Source: Octopus sinensis (taxonomy: Eukaryota). From it: 64,000 nt of DNA. The translations under genes were made by a program, and so were the position numbers. Within the stretch, counting starts at the first letter, position 1, and every line of letters begins with the position of its first letter. The notes under the pieces are model-generated. The model worked only from the letters and a program-made list of their open reading frames with translations. It was not told the DNA's origin and did not search any database. This document shows, piece after piece, positions 53,748 through 64,000 of the stretch. The stretch spans positions 31,434,001-31,498,000 of the forward strand of contig NC_043000.1 of assembly GCF_006345805.1 (NCBI RefSeq). Direction: 5' to 3'.

Positions 53748-54607
53748 TTAAAACATTCTTTTACACCAATTATCTATCACTAATAAAACAAATACTTGTA
53801 ATACACTGGAAACAGCCTTATTGATTATTTCAACTCTTTTCAAAATTCAGTTTTGTTAATATAGATCAGTATTTTCTAAACCAATGAGAGCACTTCCAAG
53901 TGACCACTCGTTCTGATAGAAATAACTAACAAGACACACCCAACCGTCTTAAAAATAGACGACACATGGATAATGTGGAGCGGGTTACATTATGCTTCAA
54001 AAGAACACAACACAACAAAACAAAACAAAAGACGGGACGATCATGGCGAGAATGTCTTTGATCTCAGGTCTGCTCAATAATGGCTGGTTTGAGGGTAAAA
54101 CGACAGCAACAATGACAAATCAATATTTTATGACTAGGTCAATTGATTAAGCCCAGAACCTCTTTCAACCATTACGTCAAGTTTGAAATGGTCACTAATA
54201 TCACACACACACACACACACACGAACACAACTTGTCTCTGTGTTTAGTTAATCAATACACATGTAACATGTTAGATGGCCTATTGTTAAAGCAGCTCACA
54301 CAGTCGAGTCCTGGAGATGGTATTGATTTTTCATTCACAGACACCATTAATGTCCTTGAAATAAATAGTCATGAACATCAGCCATACACATCTCACCCAC
54401 CTATATAAATGCTGACCTACTGTTTAAACAAACTACTATATTTGCTTCAAATTCATTATGGTAAAAGAATTGTTTATGGATCGAATCCATATACCAGCGT
54501 CGTCTTATTCTTTATTTCCGGTTCATCATGTCAGGATTTATGGGGACATTGCCCCATCATTGGAGCGATTCTTTGAAGCATATTACTTTTTCTGTGAGAT
54601 GTTGCAA

Positions 54608-54685
54608 ACGGCTTACCCAGCCTCTGTGAACAGCTTACCCAACCTTTGCGAACAGCTTACCCAACCTTTGCCAACAGTTTAACCA
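54608..54685. repeat. 22-bp minisatellite, about 3.5 copies
   Basis: gcttaccc at 54611, 54633 and 54655. Confidence 0.8.
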
Positions 54686-54729
54686 AATTTATATATATTG
54701 AGAAAGTTCAAATTTGCAGAAAAAAAACG

Positions 54730-54840
54730 ATGACAGGCGAGTGAACAACAAGCAGGTGTATTAGTTTGACGCTCGGGAAGAATAGAAAAGCTTTGACGTT
54801 TCGAGACTACGTTCTTCGACAGAAAGGATTGAAAGTGAAA
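54730..54840 (-). mobile_element. PLE P1-related 3' end, minus strand
   Basis: Reverse complement reads ctttctgtcgaagaacgtagtctcgaaacgtcaaag...actaatacacctgc. Confidence 0.6.
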
Positions 54841-54929
54841 AAATGGGGGGGGGAGAATGAAAAAGACGGAGAGAGAAAAATATGTGTAGAGTTTAACGGT
54901 TCAACACATACGCACACATGCACGCACAT

Positions 54930-55014
<85 letters not shown>

Positions 55015-55084
55015 CATATATGTATAATTCTGTCTCTATCTCATTCAATTCGGACTTCTTTCTGGCATTCGCCATGATTGATCG

Positions 55085-55265
55085 CTAGCCATTAAACCTT
55101 TTCTTTTGTTTTCCCTGTTTATTTCCGTGTTCCTTTCTGCCGAAGAGCGTAGGCTCGAAACGTAAGGCTTTCTCACTTGCCAAGCATTAAACTAATACAT
55201 CTGTTTGTTGTTTACACACCCACCTTCGTCTTTTGCTTTGTTTACTTTTTTGTAAATTCCAACTA
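55085..55265 (+). mobile_element. PLE P1-related 3' end
   Basis: ctgccgaagagcgtaggctcgaaacgta...actaatacatctgtttgttg; followed by a TA tract. Confidence 0.65.
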
Positions 55266-55686
55266 TATATATGTATATATGTGCATACGCACACACACAC
55301 ATATATGCATACGTATACATACACGTATGTATGTATGTATGTATGTATGTATGTATGTATGTATGTGTATGTGTGTGCGTGCCTGTTCTAGCACATTTAA
55401 GTGGAGATTAATTTTATATGTGCATATATGATTAACCGTGTACAAGCATGCATGGAATGCCATCAATGAGCTTACGTTTCAGTCATCGGTTCCACACGAA
55501 ACTCCGTGTTGTGAATTCAGTTCCATATCAGAAGATAAAGTAAAGTGGAGTGGCTGAGTTACATTATACAATAACAAACGCAGAAAACTTTATCGTTATG
55601 TTTATATTTTAATGTACACACGTTACAATGAGCCGGCAGCCCATTCTCTTGGTATTCCAGCAAAAGTGCGTGTGCATGCACGCGTG

Positions 55687-55730
<44 letters not shown>

Positions 55731-55752
55731 TATATGTGTGTGTGTGTGTGTG

Positions 55753-55784
<32 letters not shown>

Positions 55785-56159
55785 AAACTGAATACATTTC
55801 TACTGTAAACATCACTTTTTCCCTGAAGAAGGAGACGTTCTCTGAAAATGAATGTCAAGATTCATTTTTTACTCGGAGGATTGAACCACTGAAACAGCCG
55901 TAGGAATATTTTCTTTTAATATGGAACGTAAAATTTTATTTGACGCTTATTATTTTCTCTTCACTATTCTTTTTCAAACATACTTTTTTTTACCTACAAT
56001 CCTATATTCCATTATATTATTACTATGTTTGTATATTCATATATTTATATGTCCGTATATATTTTTAATATGCATATATTTTTAAATGCATTTTTAATAT
56101 ATCATATATTTTTTGGACAATTTTTATTTCAATTAAATCCGTATACATATGTATTCATT

Positions 56160-56625
56160 GTAGTTTGCCTGCGGGATGAAAAACAAAACCCGTCAAAGGG
56201 CGGAGGAACTCTTGAGAGTCAACGGCCATCCAATAAATGTCTTAAGGCTGTATCATGCGCGGAGACATAGAAATAATCGGACTGAATACCCGATCACGTG
56301 ATAAAACCATTGGGAGTGAAGGACTCGTAGCCTTTGTTAGGGCATCCTTCTAGGAGAGGGTAACTCAGGTAACTGGGATAACTCCGACATAAAACCTGCT
56401 GCTCAGTGTTACCGATGATGTTGACTTGTTCTTCTTTTCGGATTATGGCTGCTGTTGCTTAGTGAGTGGGATTGACACGGTGCACAGCCTTTCCTCACTT
56501 TAAAAAAGTCTTCTTGCACAGGCATTGCAAGACAACATTGGTTAAGCTTCGTGCAATGGCCATACTCGATAACAAGGGGGCAGCCACCATGTACGTTTGT
56601 ATGACACTTGACCCAGGTGCTATAT
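56160..56625 (+). mobile_element. Possible RTE-derived non-autonomous element (5' UTR-like sequence)
   Basis: gggcatccttctaggagagggtaactc...aaacc resembles RTE 5' regions as I recall them; no coding support. Confidence 0.3.
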
Positions 56626-56877
56626 ATAATTGTCCGACGAGAGTTCATAAGGCAGAAAGAAAGAGCAGGCACATTAAACGATAATAGAGTGAATATATAT
56701 AATTTCAATGTTATAAAGTTGTATAGACGACCAATTTGTTTCCGGACGGTTTCATATTGGATTAATCTGCTTAAGAGAAGAACGGTTAAATAATCATCAA
56801 AGCTGATCGGTCTGAAATGTACAATCTGAACTCTTTTTTGTCGAAGGTATGAAAGATACATTCGGTCGTTGCTTGCA

Positions 56878-57225
<348 letters not shown>

Positions 57226-57880
57226 ATAATAGAAATATTAAAATTACTAAATCTCTCTAAAAGAGAACAGCGGCAGCGTTCCCGGAAAATAATAGTTATC
57301 GCCATACTAATATGGCATTCTTATAAAAATAAGAAATAACGCGTCCTTATTAGCTCCATGAGGCCAAGTAGTGTGGAGCGACTGACCTCCCTTGTTCGAA
57401 GGTTATATGGATACCGTTTGTGTATCAAATAGCTAACTTAAGGCGATGGCCTCATGGAGCTAATAAGCGGACAGCTTTTTTCTTATTTTTATAAGAATGC
57501 ATATTAGTATGGCGATAACTATTATTTTCCGGGAACGCTGCCGCTGTCTCTTTTAGAGAGACTTAGTAATTTTAATATTTCTATTATTGAAAACAAGTGA
57601 TGTATTCCACCGAAACTAGGTAAATAAAACCATCGAACAGAGATTGTCGGAAGCGACACCTACTGGCTGGCTACGCTGCATTGAAAAGGGGCAATACCCC
57701 GAAACGCGTCTGTAGCTGCCGGTCAGTAGTGTGGAGCGACTGACCTCCCTTGTTCGAAGGTTTATGGTACAGTTTGTGTATCAAATAGCTAACTTAAGGC
57801 GATGGCCTCATGAGCTAATAAGCGGACAGCTTTTTTCTTATTTTATAAGAATGCCATATTAGTATGGCGATAACTATTAT
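57226..57880 (+). mobile_element. PLE/retrozyme-like element: 5' inverted segment plus tandem 358-bp-period repeat containing a hammerhead-like fold
   Basis: Inverted arms at 57226-57366 and 57447-57587; direct repeat starting at 57367 and 57725; fold at 57675-57716; TA tracts on both sides. Confidence 0.82.
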
Positions 57881-57917
57881 ATATATATATATAGATATAT
57901 ATATATATATATATATG

Positions 57918-58409
57918 TGAAAACAAGTAAAAAATAGAAAATGCTAAGTAATTTTATAGTGAACATTCATTTCAGTACCGTTTTCGGTCATTTTGAGACC
58001 TTTTCAACTGTACGATTAATATTAAATTTAGAAAAATAGAAGAAAAGTTTTTTTAAAAGAATATTTCTATAGTAGTGTTCAGATTTAAGTGGCATTCTGC
58101 CTTCTCTGACTCCCTTGTTTGCACTTGTGTTTCGAGGTAGTTGTGAGCTCTTGGTAGGGTAGTAGAGAGAAGGCTGGTGAGGAAAGGGGGGTGGGAGAAT
58201 CTGGGAGTGCCCTGATGGTCGTATTTTGAATGGTCAGTGGCGGCTGGCAGTCTCAGTTCAATTCAGGAGAATATTTATTTTCTTCTAATTTTTCTAAATT
58301 TAATTATTTAATCGTTACAGTTGAAAAGGTCTCAAAATGACCGAAACCGGTACTGAAATGTTCACTATAAAATTATTTTAGCATTTTCTATTTTTTACTT
58401 GTTTTTTCA
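57918..58409. mobile_element. TA-flanked fold-back element (arms of about 130 bp, spacer of about 230 bp) with a minimal hammerhead-like fold in each arm
   Basis: Arms at ~57918-58047 and ~58278-58409; fold at 58318-58355. Confidence 0.82.
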
Positions 58410-59962
58410 TATATATCAACTCGTGTGTTCCTTTTCACCCTTATACATATATATATATATATATACATATACATATGTATATATATACATATACATATAT
58501 ATATACATATACATATGTATATATATACATATACATATATATACACATATACATATATATACACATATACATATATAAGAAAACGTACGTTAAAACGAAG
58601 AAAAATTATTATTGAATTTTCTCCTCTTCGTGAAAATAATTTAATATGAAACCTTCCGATGGTACTCTAGCCCTATATAAAGCTTAATTTATAATACTAG
58701 AGATGATCTCTTTTATAAGATGTTCAAAATAGCACCCATTATGATTTTCTTTTTTTTTTGCAAGATTCGTGGGATGCTGTTATTGTCCATTAAGTCAGTC
58801 AGTAGTATTACTGCTAGTTCTTTTATCAGCATCAAAAGAATGGAATCCAAAGCATGACGCGAAATAGATTTCAAATTCTAGCAATATATCCACGAAACAG
58901 CAGCATCAATCGATCCAATTTAGGAATGGTTTGCATTCGAAACAGAACAACAAAACTAAACGCTTCCCTTGTGTTTCTGAATCTTTATTCAGTTAATTGT
59001 CTTGGAGAAAAAAAAATCTACAAACTAATGTAACATTAGCCGTATAACTGGAGAGAATTTCAGGCTAGAACAGACGACGGGTTTACAGGCGACTCCAAAT
59101 CAGCTTGGTGAAGCACCAATCTGATTGTCATAATTTGTATCAATTTAATGAAAACAACTAATTACTAGACCTTCAGCTTCATTATGGCTGTAAAAATAAA
59201 CTCTACAGAATTCAATCAACGTTTTCTGTTCATTCTTAGCACCAAATATATTACCTTTGTCTGATCATTTTTTTTTTTATTTGCTTGTACTACTGGTTTT
59301 GTTTTATATATTTAGTATGGCTGATTGTCACTGAAGTACGACTGTATATTTCTGTCTTTTGCGTGCTTCTTTATCAGAAAATTCCCCGAGAAGCGTAAAT
59401 CACTGATTTGTCGAATTGTGAAAGTCCGTATTTAGTTATATCTTCAGAGTTGCGTTTCTGACAAAGTTTAATTTCCATCTGTCCATTCCACCAGACTATA
59501 AATAGGTCCCACAGCATGTTAGTGGTCAGTCACATCAGATAATTAGCTTTCAATCTGTCCACTCCACCGAGCAATAACGAAGTACCACAATAGTAAAGTC
59601 TGTGGTGGTGGAGTAGTGTAGGGGTAAGTAAATGGCAAGGCGTGCCCTTTTAGTGTATATCTATTTCTATTTCTTTACTACCCACAAGAGGCTAAACACA
59701 GAGAGGACAAACAAGGACAGACACACAGATTAAGTCGATTACATACGTAGTCACTAGTCCTGCTAAAAGCGGTAGCCATATCTTCCTTGAATCACAGCCT
59801 ACAATTTCATATGATAGGTAAGGTACATACGATAATGTAATGTTTGATATCGAGTAACAAGAGAATAATATGAAATACGTTTGTCCGTAGGTTTGTTGGA
59901 CAGTTGCTAGCCCCATGCTTACGCTAGAACGACATATAAAATAGACGTTTTACCTCTCACCA

Positions 59963-60388
59963 GGATCTTTTCGGTTTCAACGGCAGTTTTTCTAGCGGTG
60001 TCATATGAAATTGTCACCCGTAATTATGACCCTAGTATCGATCTATTGCATTTCAATCTGTTTCAGGGTTAGGGTTAGTTAGGGTTAGGCGTGGGGGAAG
60101 GGTATCTTTTTTTCTTCAGAAATGAAAATAAACCCAATCTGTTTCTTAAACGAGGGACATATTCATACGGCACAGAATGTTCTCACCTCAATAGACGTCA
60201 TTGATTGGTTGAAATTGTAGAAATTGAAGAAGAAAGACAACAAATATCTTACAAACTATAGAATTTTCTCAATAAGGCGAAGAGAAAAATATATTTTATG
60301 AACACATTTTACCAGTATACGAAGTTTAAAAGTGTTTAGTTACGCGGAAATTATTTTTAAAAACTTGCCAGTCAAACCGAAAAGATCT
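59963..60388. mobile_element. MITE with imperfect TIRs of about 27 bp and internal TTAGGG-like tract
   Basis: ggatcttttcggtttcaacggcagttttt / aaaaacttgccagtcaaaccgaaaagatct. Confidence 0.72.
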
Positions 60389-61007
60389 TCTCACCATACT
60401 GTTTTAAGGAGGGAGTAGACGGGGGAGGGGAAAGAATCCCAAAATGTTTTTTTAGTACTTTAGCAGAAGTAATTAGAGTGAATTGGTAACAGCTGAGAAC
60501 GAAAACGACGAGCGACCTCGATTTAACTAGAGCGGGCTTCTTTATCTATGGCACACGCAACCCTAGATAATGCAATATTGATGCTCAGCTGTAGATCACG
60601 CCACTCTCTCAGAATGACATTTCTATCCCATACAAAGACACCTGGCTTCTAACATAAAATTTGTAAAACGATGTAGGCCAGAGATTATCAGCGGATTCTA
60701 TATACCGCAACACCTGTTGTGCTTCACAATAATAACTTATTCCCGTTAAATACTTCGCTATTGTACATTATAGAAATGAAATTTTATACATACATACATA
60801 CATACATACATACATACATACATACATACTACATAAATACATACATACATACATACATACATACATACATACAGACATGCATACGTACATACATACAACA
60901 TACATACATACATACATACATACATACATACATGCATGCATATATATAATATATACAAATACATGCATATATAGTAAGTTCACAAATATATATACACACA
61001 TATATAT

Positions 61008-61114
61008 ACACCGACCAGGGTATCAGATGTTGCTACACATCGCTGGTCACAATGCGCTTCACATTGTTTTAGGTTTCAAATGACGCCACCCCGCTGGCTA
61101 AGCGAGCAGACCAG

Positions 61115-61115
<1 letters not shown>
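61008..61115 (-). mobile_element. SINE B 3' tail fragment
   Basis: Reverse complement of the 11900-11960 tail (gtgtagcaacatctgata.cctggtcggt). Confidence 0.75.
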
Positions 61116-61185
<70 letters not shown>

Positions 61186-62456
61186 CACACACACAATATA
61201 CACCTACGATATATATTATATATATATATATTATATATATACACATACAGACACACATACATACGAGAGAGAGAGAGAAATGAGTGTTTACGACATAGTA
61301 TCTTCCCCTAACGTTCGCTTTCCACTTATCCAGGATTTGGGGAGCCATATTTAGTAACTTTTCCAAACTGTAATTTGATTTGCTGCCGCGATTAGAATGA
61401 AATATAGCATCTAGAATTTTCTTCTCTGAATATAAAGTTCGTTATTTTTGTTGTTGTTTAAATCTAGGTTACTCCGAAACCAGCCGATTTGTATTCAAAG
61501 TTAATTAATTCGTAGCTATTAAATAACTCGTACCCAGCTAGTCTTTCGCCATAAACGAACTCAAAAAATTACCCGTCTCTTTTCCAGACAATTTTATCTA
61601 ATGTATTCTTCGGTTTTTAAAGACGGTTGTGTGATTTAGGGCGATCTGTTATTTCTAACATTTTTAGCGACCCCATAATAATTCCCTCTTCGGCTCCACT
61701 CAGGGATGGCCAAAGCTGATGATCACTAAATTGTCTTTGTATATCGTTAAGTATTTTATTTTATCGCTCTGTCAACGGAACAAACAGTTGTTTGGGCAAT
61801 CTCTGAAAGACACTTCCATATTTGATCTGCTAGAGATAGAGGAAATGACACTCAGAAAATCCGCAGTTGATTGTTGTACATGATGATGATGACAATGTTT
61901 CCTCTTCAGCTGCTTGTCGGATAGTCCATCTCTGCCCAACCCCCAACCAACCAACCAGCTAAACAACACTCTCCCCAACCGCTCAAGTTATGCCGAGAAC
62001 AATACATAATGACATGAATACAAAATCACTTATTAATGTCTAAAGAGGACCAAGAGCTGCTGCAAGACTTCACACCGAAGCTAATGAGGCTGAACCAAGT
62101 CAGACAGTTCTTTCACAATTCCACCCACCCTTTGAATCTGGTGCCATCATCTTAGTTGAAGTTCTTGCATTTGGTTTTAATCTTTGAGGAATTTCCCTTA
62201 AGAAATGTTATCAGAATCGCATTAACAGTGCAGCCAGAACATGGCAGAATGGTTCTGGAATAAATGTGCAATCATAGAGTTCTTGGCTTCAAAGTAGGAA
62301 TAAATTCCACCATTTTACCATTTCCCAAATCCCACACCATTTTTACGCACACACACACACACATACACACACACACCACATACACACACACACATATATA
62401 TACATACATACACACACTCACATATATATTCATATGTATGTATGTATGTGTATGTA

Positions 62457-62487
<31 letters not shown>

Positions 62488-64000
62488 CATATATATACAC
62501 ATGTATATATACATATTTGTATATGTTTATATAAAAATATACATGTATATACATACACACACACATACACATATATATGCACTTATATATTCATATAAAC
62601 GCGCACACATATCCAGAGAGAGGAAGGTTTTTTTTTGTTTTGTTCTTCCTTTTCCTTCTTCCATTTTACATATTTCGTTGTCTGGCAAATTTCCATGGCA
62701 ACCATCAAACCGGCAGAGAATTGTTCAATGGAGCATTTTAATGAGCAGATTCTTCAAGCAAATAATCATTCACTGATGGGAGAATCTCTCCTTCTTTTTC
62801 GTCTTTTTGAGACTTTTTATTCAATTTCCATTCTATATGTTCGGTCGTATTTAAATGCATTGAGGTTAAATTTTACTTCTTTGTTTGCCGGAATTGCTGT
62901 TGTTGTTGCTGTTGTTGTTGTCCTTGTTGTTGTTGTTTAAAAGTTTGCAAATATATTTTTTCTTTTTCAGTTGATTGAAAACCAATTTCGATCAACGAAC
63001 CCGTGTCTTTATTACTTCTTCACGCTCCACTGAACTTTAATAATTTTATAATACCGCTTTCATCGTTGTAGAAAATACTTATAATGGCTTTATAATATAC
63101 TTTGGTTTTTCTTTCATAACCATGTAGAATATATTTATACTCTATAGTCTGACCGCTTGTAATGTCGTAGAGATGCGTGATTAGGTGTTCATGTATTGGA
63201 GAAATTTATCACATATTAAAATTATTCACCTCTAGATATCACCGACTAATACATTTATGTGCGGTACATATGAATTTACGGATATGAGGGTGGATGCCGC
63301 TGTGTGTGTGTGTGTGGGGGGGACACTAGATTACTTAAAGTGGGTTTGTGAGATACTTCAACCTGTATAGGCAGTTATCGTGTAGGAAAAAGTTCTCGCT
63401 TATGGTAAAAAGTGTAAAAGTACCATATCTGCTCAGTGTCTTCCCCCTAGCGGACTCTCTGACGCGTTTCTGGCTTTTTAGCTTTCCTCATTCGGAGAGA
63501 TTTGTGCATACAGAAATATATCGTACAAGCATAGGCAAGAAGGCTTTAAAAAATGGCACAATAGGGAGTGAGAAATGAATATGCGATTTATTAAGTTACT
63601 TTTTAGCTACTGACCCCCCAAATAGGAAGATCTGAAAACAGATCTCAGACTTGCTTTGGAGAATCTGTTGCAATTGCTTCTTCCAGAGTCATATCCCAAT
63701 GATGATCATATTCGTCGCAAAAAAATCTGGTAAAAAAATCGGAGAAAATATATCTCTAGATTTCGCAACTAATATCGATTATTCCCAAAATATATTTCCA
63801 AGTTATAAAAGTTGTTATCGTACAAAAAAGTTCGTCGCAAAAAAAAACAAAAAAACACGTTAAAATTCGCCGAAAACAATCGCAGTATTGAAAACTTAGG
63901 AATCCCAAATTTCAGGATTGCCGGCCGGAACTCGGCCCGGAATGTTTTTACTTTACTCACGGAGTTGGTCTCATTCCAAATGGTATATAATATTATATAT

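Noticed and set aside
60065-60089. Telomere or telomere-fusion remnant
   Set aside because: Only about three imperfect TTAGGG units, located inside a TIR-bounded element.

Overview
AT-rich, repeat-saturated eukaryotic DNA, most likely intergenic or intronic. The SINE families and the extreme (TA)n/(CA)n/(TATC)n/(AAT)n load look like an Octopus-type cephalopod genome (inferred from pattern recognition, not a database search). I cannot support any intact host protein-coding gene, rRNA or true tRNA gene. Most ORFs in the track are translated microsatellites. Recognisable content: several tRNA-headed SINE families, including head-to-tail multimers; decayed non-LTR retrotransposons (R4/Dong-like with restriction-like endonuclease, Tx1/L1-like, RTE, CR1/L2); Penelope-like (PLE) GIY-YIG relics and 3' ends; a Ty3/Gypsy RT relic missed by the ORF track; a Tc1/mariner fragment and a MITE sharing its TIR; a Helitron-like non-autonomous element; and another MITE. 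The most striking signal is a set of small non-coding elements sitting in (TA)n tracts. Several are fold-back (inverted-arm) or tandem structures, and they carry minimal type-I hammerhead-ribozyme-like folds from several unrelated sequence families. Two of these folds show the compensatory U3-A8 core variant. Also notable are SINE multimers flanked by a single target-site duplication and a Dong-like LINE with a twin-priming-type 5' inversion. All RNA folds were assigned by eye and need covariance-model and biochemical confirmation. Many repeat boundaries are approximate (about 10-30 bp).
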